A stretch of DNA of 64,000 bases from an uncultured Alphaproteobacteria bacterium (GCA_964530625.1 CAZHAK010000012.1:8654-72653); one strand, 5' to 3'. Counted from the first letter of the stretch, positions 9,008 to 20,319 are shown. A program made the numbers and translations. Notes: generated by a model not told the origin, from the letters alone.

Positions 9008-9766
9008 TTAAACTACGGTCAAAATATCTGCGTCGCCATCCGTGATGACAATTGTATGCTCAAAATGTGCGGCGGGTTGACGGTCGCGCGTCAGCACGTC
9101 CCAATCACCAATCATATCCACTTCCGGTCCGCCCATTGCGATCATAGGCTCAATGGCGATCACCATGTTCTTGCGAAGTAGAGGGCCTTTACCGGGAGCT
9201 CCGTAGTTTGGCACTTGCGGATCTTCCCAAAGACTTTTTCCGATACCGTGTCCCACTAATTCCCGAATCACCGAGAACCCGTGCGATTCCGCGTGTGATT
9301 GGACGGCGTGTCCGATGTTAGACAATCTCCTGCCAGCGCGAGCTTGTTCGATCCCTTTAGCGAGACATTCTTCGGTGACACGAATCAGTTCGGCTTCCCG
9401 TTCACTGATCTTGCCGATGGCGAATGTTCTCGCGCTGTCGGCATAGTACCCTTCATAGATCACGCCCAGGTCAAGTCCGATAATCTGTCCTTCTTCAATC
9501 ACGCGGCCCCTGGGCATACCGTGGACGACTTCTTCGTTGATCGAAAAACAAACGGAGTATGGGAATTTGACGCCATCGCCGTTCGGATGATTCTTGAAGG
9601 CGGGAATGGCTTTCTGTGAACGAATCGTCTCTTCGACAATTTTGTCCACGTCGTCGGCATTCGAGCCCGCGACCATAAGCGGCGCGGCGGCTTCAAACGC
9701 ACTGGCGAGGATTTGCCCTGCTTTGCGCATCAGGCGAATCTCCGCATCCGACTTTATGTGAATCAT
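9008..9766 (-). CDS. map: Methionine aminopeptidase type I.
   Basis: 252 aa, matches MAP1 (…HGIGKSLWEDPQVPNYG…). Confidence 0.9.
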   Translation of the reverse strand: MIHIKSDAEIRLMRKAGQILASAFEAAAPLMVAGSNADDVDKIVEETIRSQKAIPAFKNHPNGDGVKFPYSVCFSINEEVVHGMPRGRVIEEGQIIGLDLGVIYEGYYADSARTFAIGKISEREAELIRVTEECLAKGIEQARAGRRLSNIGHAVQSHAESHGFSVIRELVGHGIGKSLWEDPQVPNYGAPGKGPLLRKNMVIAIEPMIAMGGPEVDMIGDWDVLTRDRQPAAHFEHTIVITDGDADILTVV

Positions 9767-10437
9767 TCGCTGATTCCGTCCAACTCAATCAAAACACGCG
9801 CGAACACTTCATTCGCGGTGCCCGTACCCGAAACCGTTTTCAAAGCGCGTTTGCGCTTGTAATAGTCCAGCAACGGCGCAGTTTTTTCGCGATAGATATT
9901 GAGGCGCGTTTTCACCGTTTCGGGTTGGTCGTCGTCGCGCTGAACGACTTGTGGAGTCTTGCCTTCAGGACACTTGTGCGCAGCAATCGCGGCTGAATCC
10001 GAAGTCAAATTGTAGGTCGCGCCGCAACTCAAACAGACTCTGCGGGAAGCTAACCGTTCAATAATCTCTTCATCCGGAACATCAATGGAAATCACGACGG
10101 GAGCAGGCAGATCAAACTCGGTAAGCAGAGTCTCGAGCGCGTCGGCTTGCGGGACAGTGCGTGGAAATCCATCGAAGATTGCTCCGCGAGCTGTGTCAGG
10201 TTTTTTCAAGCGCGACCGAACCAATTCAATCAACAGATCATCAGCGACCAATTCGCCTCGGCCCATGATATCCTGTACCTGTTTTCCCAACTCCGATTGC
10301 GCTTGAATCTCTGCACGGAGAATATCTCCGGTGGAGATTTGCGGTAACTTGAGCGCCTCAACGAGCTTTTTGGCTTGGGTTCCCTTCCCTACTCCAACCG
10401 CACCTAACAGAATAATCGAATAGCGGCTTACCGTCAT
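9763..10437 (-). CDS. adk: Adenylate kinase, long form with a Zn-binding lid.
   Basis: GAVGVGKGTQ P-loop and CLSCG...C lid. Confidence 0.9.
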   Translation of the reverse strand: MTVSRYSIILLGAVGVGKGTQAKKLVEALKLPQISTGDILRAEIQAQSELGKQVQDIMGRGELVADDLLIELVRSRLKKPDTARGAIFDGFPRTVPQADALETLLTEFDLPAPVVISIDVPDEEIIERLASRRVCLSCGATYNLTSDSAAIAAHKCPEGKTPQVVQRDDDQPETVKTRLNIYREKTAPLLDYYKRKRALKTVSGTGTANEVFARVLIELDGISE

Positions 10438-10452
10438 CTCAGCACCAAAAGT

Positions 10453-11781
10453 TTACATTCTGCGGCGGCCACGGATTCGCCCGGATTTCATAATCCCGTC
10501 ATAGTGTCGCATGACCAAATGCGATTCAATTTGTTGCAGCGTATCGAGTGCGACGCCGACGATAATCAGCAAGCCAGTGCCGCCAAAGAACTGGGCGACG
10601 TTGTAGGACACACCGAATTGTCGAATAAAGATCGTCGGAAGCGTGGCGATGATTCCCAGGAAGATAGCGCCGGGCAGAGTGACTTTAGACAGAATGTTGT
10701 CAATAAAGTCGGACGTCTGCTTGCCGGGTCGAATACCGGGAATAAATCCGCCATTCTTCTTCATATTGTCTGCCAGATCAACGGGATTCAGAATAATCGC
10801 CGTGTAGAAATACGTGAAGAAGACGATCAGCAGGAACGTCATGGTCGAATAGACAAAGCTCTCGACGCCGAAGGCCTGTGTAAGATAGTCGCGGAATCCG
10901 CCTTCCGGCAGGAACGTCGCCACCGAGGATGGCACGAACATGATCGACTGGGCGAAGATGATGGGCATCACACCGGCGGAATTGACACGCAGCGGAATGT
11001 GCGTTGAGACACCACCGTACTGTTTGCGGCCCACGTTGCGCTTCGCGTACTGAACCGGAATCTTGCGCACGCCCTGGGTAAGAATGACGACCGAGGCCGT
11101 GATCACGAACAACAGTACCAAGAACACGACTTCCATCGCGATGTGACGCTGTCCGGTAGCAACCATCGTGAACTCTTCCAAGATCGCCGACGGCAGAGTA
11201 TTGATAATCCCCACCATGATGATCAACGATATACCGTTACCGATACCGCGTTCGGTAATCTGCTCACCGAGCCACATAATAAAAGTGGTTCCAGCGGCCA
11301 GCGTAATCATGGTCAAGAGATTAAAACCAATACCCGGGTCCGGCACGACGGGCACACCGGACGGCGATACCAAACGGGTCAAGAAAATCGAAACACCACC
11401 AGCCTGCATGGCGGACAACAGAACGGTACCGTAGCGGGTAAGCTGAGTAATTTTCTTGCGGCCCTCTTCGCCTTCTTTTTGCAGCTTCTGGAAATACGGT
11501 ACGACCGAACCCATAAGCTGGAAAATAATCGAGGCGGAGATGTACGGCATAATACCGAGGGCGAAAACGGTGGCGCGTTCAAAGGCACCGCCGACAAACA
11601 TATCATAGAGGCCAAACAGCGTCGTGCGGTTGGCGGCCATGAACTCGCCCATCGCGCTGGCGTTAATTCCGGCCAGCGGCACGTGACCACCGATGCGGTA
11701 CACGAGCAAAATGAGCAACGTAAACAGAATACGATCACGCAGCTCAGGGATTTTGAAGATGTTCGCGAAACGGTCGAGCAT
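10453..11781 (-). CDS. secY: Protein translocase subunit SecY.
   Basis: 442 aa with multiple TM segments and a SecY-typical sequence. Confidence 0.9.
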   Translation of the reverse strand: MLDRFANIFKIPELRDRILFTLLILLVYRIGGHVPLAGINASAMGEFMAANRTTLFGLYDMFVGGAFERATVFALGIMPYISASIIFQLMGSVVPYFQKLQKEGEEGRKKITQLTRYGTVLLSAMQAGGVSIFLTRLVSPSGVPVVPDPGIGFNLLTMITLAAGTTFIMWLGEQITERGIGNGISLIIMVGIINTLPSAILEEFTMVATGQRHIAMEVVFLVLLFVITASVVILTQGVRKIPVQYAKRNVGRKQYGGVSTHIPLRVNSAGVMPIIFAQSIMFVPSSVATFLPEGGFRDYLTQAFGVESFVYSTMTFLLIVFFTYFYTAIILNPVDLADNMKKNGGFIPGIRPGKQTSDFIDNILSKVTLPGAIFLGIIATLPTIFIRQFGVSYNVAQFFGGTGLLIIVGVALDTLQQIESHLVMRHYDGIMKSGRIRGRRRM

Positions 11782-12212
11782 TAGGCGGCAACCACACTAC
11801 CACCAGCGGCGGTAATTTTCTCAGCGGCAGCCTTCGACACCGTGCACATGGAAATCTGATACGCGCGATCGGCATCACCCATCGCGAGGATTTTCACGGC
11901 GGATTCGGCGTAGCGAATCAAACCGGCATTCTTCAATATCTCCGGGGTCACCGTGGTGTCTGACAATCTTTTCAGGTCACGCAGGTTGACGACTTCATTG
12001 CCTTCAGCCCAAACATTCGTAAAACCGCGCTTCGGTAAGCGGCGATGCAACGGCATCTGACCACCTTCAAAGCCGCGCTTATGTACGGAGCCTGAGCGCG
12101 AATAATATCCCTTTTCACCACGTCCGGAAGTCCCCCCCACGCCGGAACCGGGACCGCGTCCGAGGCGCTTTTTTGTCTGAGTGGAGCCGGGAGCGGGAGT
12201 GAGTTTATTCAT
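11781..12212 (-). CDS. rplO: 50S ribosomal protein L15.
   Basis: MNKLTPAPGSTQTKKRLGRGPGSG... Start taken at the internal Met; the track extends to 12251. Confidence 0.85.
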   Translation of the reverse strand: MNKLTPAPGSTQTKKRLGRGPGSGVGGTSGRGEKGYYSRSGSVHKRGFEGGQMPLHRRLPKRGFTNVWAEGNEVVNLRDLKRLSDTTVTPEILKNAGLIRYAESAVKILAMGDADRAYQISMCTVSKAAAEKITAAGGSVVAA

Positions 12213-12217
12213 ACCCA

Positions 12218-12415
12218 TTAGCTGCTGGCTCCTTCGTTGACTTGCTTCCATTCGACCATGTGCGAAACTTTCGCGATCATGCCACGAATAGCGGCGTTAT
12301 CGGGCAGGATTCTCGTTTCATTCAAACGATGAAATCCGAGAGCTTCGATGGTGCGCCGATGAAAGTAGGGTCGAGACGCGACGCTACGGATAAGTTTAAT
12401 TTCGAGCTTTGCCAT
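12218..12415 (-). CDS. rpmD: 50S ribosomal protein L30.
   Basis: MAKLEIKLIRSVASRP... Confidence 0.85.
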   Translation of the reverse strand: MAKLEIKLIRSVASRPYFHRRTIEALGFHRLNETRILPDNAAIRGMIAKVSHMVEWKQVNEGASS

Positions 12416-12463
12416 GGTGCTATGAGATAAGTGAGCGCGCGACAGTCACGCGATCAGACTTAT

Positions 12464-13009
12464 TTAGAGAGTGAAGACTTCTTTTGTAGTGATACCTCGA
12501 CGCGCTGCCACCATGCGGGCGTCGTTCATTCCTTCCAGCGCGCGGAAGACCGCTTTGACGACATTGTGCGGGTTATTCGTGCCCATCACCTTCGTCAAGA
12601 CATCGCGCACGCCGAGACACTCCATAACCATACGAACCGAACCACCGGCGATGACGCCCGTACCGGCAGAAGCGGGACGCAAAAACACTTTGCCCGCTCC
12701 AAATTTTCCGTGCGTGGCATGCGGAAGTGTTTGACCTAAAAGCGGGTAGCGCTTCAGACTGCGCTTGGCCACTTCAGTGCCTTTGCGGATGGCGTCGGCG
12801 ACTTCATTCGCTTTGCCGAGACCGAAGCCTGCACGTCCATGTCCATCGCCGACGATGACGATAGCATTGAACGAGAAGTTACGACCGCCCTTAACGACTT
12901 TGGCGACGCGATTGACTGCGACGAGTTTTTCGAGCAGGGATTCTCCGCCGGCATATTCAGCCGAGCGGTCTTCGCGGTCACGGCCGCGGCGGGGATTATT
13001 GCCGTTCAT
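12464..13009 (-). CDS. rpsE: 30S ribosomal protein S5.
   Basis: ...[21 protein letters not shown]... Confidence 0.9.
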   Translation of the reverse strand: MNGNNPRRGRDREDRSAEYAGGESLLEKLVAVNRVAKVVKGGRNFSFNAIVIVGDGHGRAGFGLGKANEVADAIRKGTEVAKRSLKRYPLLGQTLPHATHGKFGAGKVFLRPASAGTGVIAGGSVRMVMECLGVRDVLTKVMGTNNPHNVVKAVFRALEGMNDARMVAARRGITTKEVFTL

Positions 13010-13024
13010 CTGCGCTTACTGTGT

Positions 13025-13396
13025 TTAGAATTTGAGGCCGCCTTTACGCGCGCCTTCGGCCACTGCTTTCACGCGGCCATGATACGGGAAGCCGTTGCGA
13101 TCGAACACAATGGTTTCGATAGATTTTTCGCGAGCTTTTTTCGCGCACAAATCGCCGACCAATTCGGCCACTTGCGTGGGGTTTTTACCGTCGGTTTGCC
13201 CTTTCAAATCGGGCGACAGTGACGACACACCGAATAGGGTCTGGCCCGACACGTCGTCCACGAGCTGCGCATACATATGCGCGACACTTCGATAGATAAC
13301 CATGCGCGGGCGAACGGCGGTACCGTTAACGACCTTGCGGATGTGCATCTTGCGGCGCACTCTGGCGCGCTTGCGTATGGCAATTTTTCTTGACAC
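13025..13396 (-). CDS. rplR: 50S ribosomal protein L18.
   Basis: [16 protein letters not shown]... Confidence 0.9.
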   Translation of the reverse strand: MSRKIAIRKRARVRRKMHIRKVVNGTAVRPRMVIYRSVAHMYAQLVDDVSGQTLFGVSSLSPDLKGQTDGKNPTQVAELVGDLCAKKAREKSIETIVFDRNGFPYHGRVKAVAEGARKGGLKF

Positions 13397-13428
13397 GAAT
13401 GGAACGCTATCTACAATTTAATAAATGC

Positions 13429-13965
13429 TTACTTACCGGTCTTACCGGCCTTACGATGAATGTGTTCGCCGGTGTACATGATGCCCTTGCCTTTGTACGG
13501 TTCAGGCTTGCGGACTGAACGAATCGTCGCGGCAATCTGTCCGACCATCTCACGGTCTACACCGCTGACCATAATGGTAGTCGGGCCAGTGACGTCGGCT
13601 TTGACGTCAGGCGGAATCACGACAAAGACGGGATGACTAAAACCGACGTTAAGGAGAATGCCGCGCTTTTTGGCTTCGACTTTGAAACCGACGCCGACAA
13701 TCTGCAACTCTTTTTTGAAACCATCGGTAACGCCGACGACCATGTTGTTTAACAAAGCGCGCGACAGGCCGTGCAGTTGGCGATGAGCTTTTCCGTCTGT
13801 CGGGCGGTGACATGTGAGTGTTCCGTCATCCAACTTGATGGCAATATCCTCATGGAACGTGCGTGAAAGCTCTCCCTTAGGTCCTTTAACGGTGACCTCG
13901 GGCCCGTTGAGCTTTACCTCGACGCCTTTAGGTAGTGTGATGGGTGCGCGACCGACGCGTGACAC
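13429..13965 (-). CDS. rplF: 50S ribosomal protein L6.
   Basis: MSRVGRAPITLPKGVEVKLNG... Confidence 0.9.
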   Translation of the reverse strand: MSRVGRAPITLPKGVEVKLNGPEVTVKGPKGELSRTFHEDIAIKLDDGTLTCHRPTDGKAHRQLHGLSRALLNNMVVGVTDGFKKELQIVGVGFKVEAKKRGILLNVGFSHPVFVVIPPDVKADVTGPTTIMVSGVDREMVGQIAATIRSVRKPEPYKGKGIMYTGEHIHRKAGKTGK

Positions 13966-13988
13966 GATGTAACTCCGTGGAAATTAGT

Positions 13989-14384
13989 TTACCAGACTTC
14001 AGCCAGGACTTCACCTCCGACTCCGGCGCGTCGCGCCTGATTGCCGGTCAGTAGCCCTTTGGGTGTCGTCAGAATCGCGATGCCGAGTCCATTCAGCACG
14101 CGGGGGATTTCGAATTGATTAACATATCGGCGCAAGCCGGGAGTCGAGATACGACGCAAGCCTTGGATAGCGGGTTGTCCATTGCTATACTTCAGATAGA
14201 CTCTAATGAATCCTTGGGGGCCCTCATCAACTTGCACAAAGTCACGGATATAGTAGGCCTCGAGCAGAACGCGCGCGAGATCGTGTTTCATTTTGGAGAA
14301 GGGAATGTCAACGTACGTTTTACGCGCGTTGATCGCGTTACGCACGCGAGTCAGGAAATCAGCAATAGGATCGGTTGTCGGCAT
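13989..14384 (-). CDS. rpsH: 30S ribosomal protein S8.
   Basis: MPTTDPIADFLTRVRNA... Confidence 0.9.
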   Translation of the reverse strand: MPTTDPIADFLTRVRNAINARKTYVDIPFSKMKHDLARVLLEAYYIRDFVQVDEGPQGFIRVYLKYSNGQPAIQGLRRISTPGLRRYVNQFEIPRVLNGLGIAILTTPKGLLTGNQARRAGVGGEVLAEVW

Positions 14385-14399
14385 GGTTGTGTTTCGTGC

Positions 14400-14585
14400 T
14401 TACCAACTTGACTTAACAACACCCGGAATATCACCGGCGTGGGCGAGATCTCTGAAGCAGAGCCTGCAGAGGCCAAACTTTTTATAGACAGCGCGCGGAC
14501 GACCGCATCGGCGGCAGCGTGTGTAGGCTCGCACCTTGAACTTCGGGGTTTTCTTCGCTTTCGCGATCATGCAGGCTTTAGCCAT
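14400..14585 (-). CDS. rpsN: 30S ribosomal protein S14, type Z (zinc-binding, 61 aa).
   Basis: CRRCGRP...CRLC four-Cys motif. Confidence 0.9.
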   Translation of the reverse strand: MAKACMIAKAKKTPKFKVRAYTRCRRCGRPRAVYKKFGLCRLCFRDLAHAGDIPGVVKSSW

Positions 14586-14606
14586 AGTATCGTCGTTTTG
14601 AAAGGG

Positions 14607-15314
14607 TTATGCCGCTGCGGCGACTTTTTTGTCTTCACGCTTACGGAACGGAAGGCCGAGCTGTTTCAGCAGTTCGTAGGCTTCTTTGTCCGATTTTGCG
14701 CTGGTCACAAAGGTGATGTCCATGCCGCGAATCTTCTCAACCTTATCGAGGTCAATTTCAGGGAAGATGATTTGTTCACGCAGACCGAGCGAGAAATTGC
14801 CGCGACCGTCGAAACCACGATCTGGCAAACCACGAAAGTCACGGATGCGAGGAGTCGCCATTGAAACAAAGCGATCCAGAAACTCCCACATGGCAGTGCG
14901 GCGCAGTGTCACGAAGACGCCGACAGGCATACCTTCACGGAGTTTGAAATTCGAGACGGATTTGCGTGCTTTGGCGACCGTCGGCTTTTGGCCCGTGATC
15001 ATCGCGACTTCCTTGACGATGCCCTCAACCACACGCGGGTTCAGAGTCGCATCACCGCAGCCAACGTTGAGAGTAATCTTCTGCAACCGCGGGAGCTCCA
15101 TCGGATTTTTGTAACCGAACGTCTTGGTCAGGCCGGGCACGACATTTTCATTGTAGTGCGTGACAAGACGCGGCACGTAACCTTTCGGGAGCGCGGGGCG
15201 CTCACCTGCGACGTTTAGTCCACCGCCCTTGCTGCTGCCGGCTTTGGCGGGTTTGCCTTGCGGTGCGCCGCCACTTTTCGGTTTCGCTTTGGGTTTTGCT
15301 TTTTCAGCGCTCAT
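14607..15314 (-). CDS. rplE: 50S ribosomal protein L5, carrying an N-terminal Lys/Pro/Ala-rich extension of about 50 aa.
   Basis: L5 core begins at [15 protein letters not shown]. The start ATG overlaps the rplX stop (TAATG), so the extension is supported by operon structure. Confidence 0.85.
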   Translation of the reverse strand: MSAEKAKPKAKPKSGGAPQGKPAKAGSSKGGGLNVAGERPALPKGYVPRLVTHYNENVVPGLTKTFGYKNPMELPRLQKITLNVGCGDATLNPRVVEGIVKEVAMITGQKPTVAKARKSVSNFKLREGMPVGVFVTLRRTAMWEFLDRFVSMATPRIRDFRGLPDRGFDGRGNFSLGLREQIIFPEIDLDKVEKIRGMDITFVTSAKSDKEAYELLKQLGLPFRKREDKKVAAAA

Positions 15315-15637
15315 TATTCGGGAATCATTTCGTTAGACACGCGCGCAATACGGACACGCTTGTTGCCCTCGGCGCTTTTCAAAACAGTATGGCCCACGCG
15401 GGTCGGCTTGCCGCTCTTGGGATCAATCAGCATCACGTTAGAAACGTGGACGGTGCCTTCACGCTTGACGATGCCGCCCTGCTGATTTTGCTGACTAGGC
15501 TTGGTGTGGCGCATGATAAAATTCACGCCTTCGACCACGATGCGAAGTTTGTCGGGAAAGACCTTCAGGACTTTACCGCGTTTTCCGCGATCGTTGCCCG
15601 CGGTGACTTGCACCATATCATTCTTACGGATTTTCAT
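15314..15637 (-). CDS. rplX: 50S ribosomal protein L24.
   Basis: [23 protein letters not shown]... Confidence 0.9.
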   Translation of the reverse strand: MKIRKNDMVQVTAGNDRGKRGKVLKVFPDKLRIVVEGVNFIMRHTKPSQQNQQGGIVKREGTVHVSNVMLIDPKSGKPTRVGHTVLKSAEGNKRVRIARVSNEMIPE

Positions 15638-15646
15638 AGCGGTTCC

Positions 15647-16015
15647 TTAGATCACCTCGGGCGCGAGGGACACGATCTTCATAAATTGTTTGTCGCGCAA
15701 CTCGCGCGCGACAGGTCCGAAGATACGCGTTCCAATCGGCTCGTTATCTTTATTGATCAGCACGGCGGCGTTTTCATCGAAGCGGATGTAGGATCCGTCC
15801 GACCGGCGCACTTCCTTGGCTGTGCGCACGATAACAGCGCGCGACTTGGAGCCCTTTTTTATGTTCGAATTCGGAATCGCCGTGCGCACCGAGACCATGA
15901 TAATATCGCCGACGGAGGCCGAGCGTCGTCCGGTGCCGCCATAGATCCGGAAGCAACGGACTTTTTTGGCGCCTGTGTTATCAGCAACATTGAGAACGGT
16001 ATATTCCTGAATCAT
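15647..16015 (-). CDS. rplN: 50S ribosomal protein L14.
   Basis: [18 protein letters not shown]... Confidence 0.9.
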   Translation of the reverse strand: MIQEYTVLNVADNTGAKKVRCFRIYGGTGRRSASVGDIIMVSVRTAIPNSNIKKGSKSRAVIVRTAKEVRRSDGSYIRFDENAAVLINKDNEPIGTRIFGPVARELRDKQFMKIVSLAPEVI

Positions 16016-16018
16016 GGT

Positions 16019-16312
16019 TTACTTCTTCTTCTCAATGATTTCAATCAGGCGCCAGTTTTTACGCTTGGAAAGCGGTCGCGTTTCCATAATGCGCACTTTG
16101 TCGCCGATATTGCATTCGTTCTGACTGTCTTCAGCCATGAACTTTTGGGAAAGCTTAATATACTTGCCGAACAACGGATGCTTGACGCGGCGTTCAACTT
16201 TGACGACGATAGTCTTTTGCATTTTGTTCGAGACCACGAAACCGACGCGTGACTTACGCAGGCCGCGAGAATCGTCTTTGGAAATCTCTTTTAGGACAGC
16301 GACGTCGCTCAT
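16019..16312 (-). CDS. rpsQ: 30S ribosomal protein S17.
   Basis: Typical S17 sequence. Its 4-nt overlap with rpmC is conserved. Confidence 0.9.
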   Translation of the reverse strand: MSDVAVLKEISKDDSRGLRKSRVGFVVSNKMQKTIVVKVERRVKHPLFGKYIKLSQKFMAEDSQNECNIGDKVRIMETRPLSKRKNWRLIEIIEKKK

Positions 16313-16551
16313 TTCACGCTACCTTTGCTCTGGCGGATGCCAAGTTCATGCTCACGAAGGAGGGTACGCAAACGCGCAATATCCCGGCGAACGCCGCGGA
16401 CGCGGACAGTATTCGGCAATTGTCCGGCGTCAAGCTGAAAGCGCAAGGCTTCCAGATTATCTTCGGATTCGATGAGCCGGTTTTCCAACTCGGCGGGAGC
16501 GAGCTCTTTAAGCTCAGTCATTTTTTGGGGTCTTGCGTTTCCGGATGCCAT
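16309..16551 (-). CDS. rpmC: 50S ribosomal protein L29. The true start may be the internal MTELKEL about 10 codons in.
   Basis: ...[14 protein letters not shown]... Confidence 0.8.
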   Translation of the reverse strand: MASGNARPQKMTELKELAPAELENRLIESEDNLEALRFQLDAGQLPNTVRVRGVRRDIARLRTLLREHELGIRQSKGSVK

Positions 16552-16557
16552 ACTTGC

Positions 16558-16977
16558 TTACGAGTGAACGGTTTCGCGTTCAACAAACTTGGTTTTAATG
16601 GGCAGCTTCTGCGCTGCAAGACGAAGAGCTTCACGCGCGAGTTCGCGTGTAACTCCTTCGAGTTCAAATAGGATGCGGCCCGGTCGAATGACGGCACAGT
16701 AAAAATCAGTTGCGCCCTTGCCCTTGCCTTGACGGACTTCAAGCGGCTTTTTCGATACGGGCTTGTCGGGGAAGACACGAATCCAGACTTTGCCACCACG
16801 TTTAATGTGGCGTGTCATGGCCACACGGGCAGCTTCGATTTGGCGCGCGGTCATCCAGCAATCATCCATGGCTTTCAAGCCAAATTCACCGAAGGCGACG
16901 TCGCACCCGCAGTAGTCGTAGCCTTTGCGGCGGCGGCGCTGCTGTTTACGGAATTTAAGTCTTTTGGGCGTAAGCAT
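16558..16977 (-). CDS. rplP: 50S ribosomal protein L16.
   Basis: [19 protein letters not shown]... Confidence 0.9.
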   Translation of the reverse strand: MLTPKRLKFRKQQRRRRKGYDYCGCDVAFGEFGLKAMDDCWMTARQIEAARVAMTRHIKRGGKVWIRVFPDKPVSKKPLEVRQGKGKGATDFYCAVIRPGRILFELEGVTRELAREALRLAAQKLPIKTKFVERETVHS

Positions 16978-16989
16978 GGGTTAATAAAA

Positions 16990-17736
16990 TCAGTTGGAGT
17001 GACGGCGATCACGTCCGCGTCCACGATCCCGGTGATCGCGATCTCCGCGGCTGAAGCCCTCAGGTCCTGAGTCGGGACGTTCAATAGCGTCCGGTCCGTT
17101 GACTTTGCCTTTGCCGATGACTTCACCGCGGCAAATCCAGACTTTGACGCCGATCGTGCCGTAGGTGGTGCGGGCAACAGACAGTGCGTAATCAATATCG
17201 GCACGCAGCGTATGCAGCGGCGTGCGGCCTTCTTTATATCCTTCGGTACGCGACATTTCGGCACCGCCCAAGCGACCGGACACGAGAACCTTGATTCCCT
17301 CGGCGCCCATGCGCATCGTGGTTTGAATCGCTTTTTTCATAGCACGGCGGAACGAAACGCGTCCTTCAAGCTGCTGGGCAATCATATCGGCGACGAGCTT
17401 GGCTTCAAGTTCAGGACGCTTGATTTCATAGATATTCACTTGGACGTCGCGCTTTGTCAGCTTTTTGAGTTCAGCTTTAAGCTTATCCACTTCCGACCCT
17501 TTGCGGCCGATAACAATACCGGGGCGCGCTGTGCGAATCGTGAGTGTGAGCATCTTCGGTGTGCGCTCGAAAGTGATACCCGCAACTGAAGCGCCTTTGA
17601 GACGCTGCATCAGGTATTTGCGGAGATAAAGGTCTTCTTCGAGCTTATCGGCAAAGTTACGCTCATCGAACCAATGACTGTTCCATGTGCGGATGATGCC
17701 TGTGCGAAGGCCGATCGGATGAACTTTCTGACCCAC
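16990..17736 (-). CDS. rpsC: 30S ribosomal protein S3, with an Arg/Asp/Gly-rich C-terminal tail ([17 protein letters not shown]).
   Basis: [23 protein letters not shown]... Confidence 0.9.
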   Translation of the reverse strand: MGQKVHPIGLRTGIIRTWNSHWFDERNFADKLEEDLYLRKYLMQRLKGASVAGITFERTPKMLTLTIRTARPGIVIGRKGSEVDKLKAELKKLTKRDVQVNIYEIKRPELEAKLVADMIAQQLEGRVSFRRAMKKAIQTTMRMGAEGIKVLVSGRLGGAEMSRTEGYKEGRTPLHTLRADIDYALSVARTTYGTIGVKVWICRGEVIGKGKVNGPDAIERPDSGPEGFSRGDRDHRDRGRGRDRRHSN

Positions 17737-17738
17737 AG

Positions 17739-18233
17739 TTACTCAGACTTACTTTTAGGGGTGGATTTTTTCTTCGCCGCGGTTTTCTTGGCGGCGGCTT
17801 TTTTCGCAGGCTTCTTGGCAGCCTTCTTAACGGGCGCGGCCTTAACCGCTTCCGTCTCGGGCTCTTCACTCGCGCCGGCGGTTGCGACAACCGGAGTAGA
17901 CACGATCACAGTCAGGTGTGACATCCGCTTCTTAATCGGCGTAGCGCGACCCTGCGCGCGCGGCATGAAGCGATGCATGGTTGGACCTTCGTCGGCAAAG
18001 ATCGTGCGGACATGCAGGGAATCAATCTCCGCTGAGGTTGCGTCATGCAATTGCGCGTAGTTCGCGACGGCGGATTGAATGGCCTTTAACGTCGGCTCGG
18101 ACGCCGAGCGCGGTGTGAACTTCAAGATATTAATTGCATCGCTGATGTTCTTTCCGCGCACAAGATCAGCCACCAGGCGCATCTTGCGGGGAGTCACGCG
18201 AACAAAGCGGGCAACGCAACGTGCTTCTTCCAT
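17739..18233 (-). CDS. rplV: 50S ribosomal protein L22, with a ~50-aa Lys/Ala-rich (KAAKK-repeat, histone-H1-like) C-terminal extension.
   Basis: L22 core, then ...[36 protein letters not shown]. Confidence 0.85.
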   Translation of the reverse strand: MEEARCVARFVRVTPRKMRLVADLVRGKNISDAINILKFTPRSASEPTLKAIQSAVANYAQLHDATSAEIDSLHVRTIFADEGPTMHRFMPRAQGRATPIKKRMSHLTVIVSTPVVATAGASEEPETEAVKAAPVKKAAKKPAKKAAAKKTAAKKKSTPKSKSE

Positions 18234-18242
18234 CGTCCTACC

Positions 18243-18530
18243 TTACTTCTTCCGGGCGGTAGCTTCCGCCTTCTTTTCCGTGTGTCCCTTAAAGGTGCGG
18301 GTCAGCGCGAATTCGCCGAGCTTATGTCCGACCATGTTCTCCGTGATGTATACCGGGAGGAACTTGCGACCGTTATGCACGGCCAGCGTATGCCCCACGA
18401 AATCCGGGGAGATGACACTGCGACGCGACCAGGTCTTCAGCACCTTCTTTTCATTCTTGTCGTTCATCTGTTGTATACGCATATCTAAACGCGCATCGAT
18501 GTACGGACCTTTTTTAAGCGAACGGGCCAT
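18243..18530 (-). CDS. rpsS: 30S ribosomal protein S19.
   Basis: [15 protein letters not shown]... Confidence 0.9.
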   Translation of the reverse strand: MARSLKKGPYIDARLDMRIQQMNDKNEKKVLKTWSRRSVISPDFVGHTLAVHNGRKFLPVYITENMVGHKLGEFALTRTFKGHTEKKAEATARKK

Positions 18531-18542
18531 TGCGGATAATAA

Positions 18543-19388
18543 TTATGAGAGTTGCGTCTTGTCGCGACGGCGACGGACGATCAGTTTATTCGATTTTTTG
18601 CGCGGGTTACGCGTCTTCAAACCTTTGGTAATCTTTCCCCACGGAGTCGTCGGATGACGTCCACCGGAGCTTCTACCTTCACCACCACCCATCGGATGGT
18701 CAACGGGATTCTTCGTCACGCCGCGGTTGTGACCACGACGCCCCAGCCAGCGAGTACGGCCAGCCTTGCCCGACACGACGCTTTCGTGATCAAGATTACC
18801 GACCTGACCGATGGTGGCCATACACATAGCGGGGACGCGTCGCACTTCACCCGAAGGGAGCTTGATTAGCGCGTAATTTTCGTCAACTGCCATCAATTGA
18901 CAAGCGGCTCCAGCGCTGCGGGAAATCTGTCCGCCCTTACCCACACGCATTTCCACGTTATGGATAAAGGTCGCCAGCGGAATCTTTGCAAGTGGAAGCG
19001 CATTGCCGACGCGGATGTCGGCTTCCTTGCGTGACGACATAACTTTGTCGCCAACTTTCAGCCCGTCGGGCGCAATAATATAACGTTTCTCGCCATCCGC
19101 ATAAAACAGCAAAGCGATATTTGCAGAACGGTTGGGGTCGTACTCCAAGCGCTCAACTTTCGCAGGGATGTCGTATTTGTTGCGACGGAAATCAACGATG
19201 CGGTAACGGCGTTTGTGCCCGCCACCGGTATTGATATTGGTTGCCCGTCCGAGATTGTTGCGGCCGCCCGTCTTGGACAGGGGAGCAAGCAAGCTCTTCT
19301 CGGGATCACCCTGCCACAAGTCTGTCCGCACGAGAACGGTGCGGTAGCGTTGGGACGGGGTCAGGGGGCGAAACTTCTTCAGCGGCAT
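18543..19388 (-). CDS. rplB: 50S ribosomal protein L2.
   Basis: 281 aa, typical of L2. Confidence 0.9.
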   Translation of the reverse strand: MPLKKFRPLTPSQRYRTVLVRTDLWQGDPEKSLLAPLSKTGGRNNLGRATNINTGGGHKRRYRIVDFRRNKYDIPAKVERLEYDPNRSANIALLFYADGEKRYIIAPDGLKVGDKVMSSRKEADIRVGNALPLAKIPLATFIHNVEMRVGKGGQISRSAGAACQLMAVDENYALIKLPSGEVRRVPAMCMATIGQVGNLDHESVVSGKAGRTRWLGRRGHNRGVTKNPVDHPMGGGEGRSSGGRHPTTPWGKITKGLKTRNPRKKSNKLIVRRRRDKTQLS

Positions 19389-19403
19389 GGTAAATGGAAA
19401 CTC

Positions 19404-19694
19404 TTAGACGTTTTGCGCCAGCTCGATGGTGTCACCCTTTTTCAGGGTGACGATCGCTTTCTTCCAATTGGGGCGACGGCCTTCAAAGCGGCCCAGTCGC
19501 TTGGTCTTCCCGCGCACGTTCATGGTTTGAACGGCGAGGACGGACACTTCGTACTTCTTTTCGACAGCGCGCTTGATTTCGATCTTGTTGGCTTTCGGGT
19601 CAACTTCAAAGAAGTACTGATTGAAAGCATCTTGCGCGGCGGTAATTTTTTCCGTCAGCAACGGCTTGCGGAGGACGCTTCGCTTATGCAGCAT
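19404..19694 (-). CDS. rplW: 50S ribosomal protein L23.
   Basis: Typical L23 sequence. Confidence 0.85.
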   Translation of the reverse strand: MLHKRSVLRKPLLTEKITAAQDAFNQYFFEVDPKANKIEIKRAVEKKYEVSVLAVQTMNVRGKTKRLGRFEGRRPNWKKAIVTLKKGDTIELAQNV

Positions 19695-20319
19695 GATTCA
19701 ACCCTTTCAACAAAGCGGGCACCGCACTCTTTTGAATCAGGATAGTTGAGCAATTCAACAAGTCGCGTGTGGACGCGGCTTCAGCGCGAGTAGCACCTGC
19801 ACCCGGCAGATTGCGCACGCTGCGAAGGATGTTGGGATTGAAATCGGGAGTCAGAATCAAGACCTTTTGATCGGCCAAATCCATTTTCGCGATCATGTTC
19901 GCCATGTCCTTCGTTTTTGGTGTATCCATGGCAAAATCTTCCAGTACGCGAATACGATCTTCGCGTGCTTTCATAATAAGAGCGCTCCGACGGGCGAGCA
20001 CCTTGACTTTTTGCGGAACACCGACGGAATACGTGTGCGGCATCGGTCCAAAGATCGTACCACCACCCGGATTGAGCGGGGAACGGGTTGAACCTTGACG
20101 AGCGACACCTCTACCCTTTTGCTTAAAGGGCTTGCGACCACCACCGCGAACATAGCTGCGGCTCTTAGTCTTATGCGTGCCCTGACGACCGGCGGCTTCT
20201 TCGGCGCGCACGGCAAGCCAGATCGCGTGTTCATTGGGCTCTTGTGAAAGCAGGCTATCCGGTAACTCAACCGTCTCGCTGCCCACTGAACCGTCCTTTT
20301 TGTAAACTTTTAGATTCAT
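19684..20319 (-). CDS. rplD: 50S ribosomal protein L4.
   Basis: Typical L4 sequence. Confidence 0.9.
   Translation of the reverse strand: MNLKVYKKDGSVGSETVELPDSLLSQEPNEHAIWLAVRAEEAAGRQGTHKTKSRSYVRGGGRKPFKQKGRGVARQGSTRSPLNPGGGTIFGPMPHTYSVGVPQKVKVLARRSALIMKAREDRIRVLEDFAMDTPKTKDMANMIAKMDLADQKVLILTPDFNPNILRSVRNLPGAGATRAEAASTRDLLNCSTILIQKSAVPALLKGLNHAA

Noticed and set aside
15263-16252. 329-aa plus-strand ORF antisense to rplX/rplN/rpsQ, and many other long antisense ORFs (for example 29180..30685 501 aa inside rpoB, 7092..7859 inside rpsD/rpsK, 26011..26496 and 26623..27063 inside rpoC, 20244..21041 inside rplC/rpsJ).
   Set aside because: They lie opposite highly conserved, unambiguous genes and show His/Arg-rich composition typical of antisense frames in GC-rich DNA. 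No RBSs or motifs.
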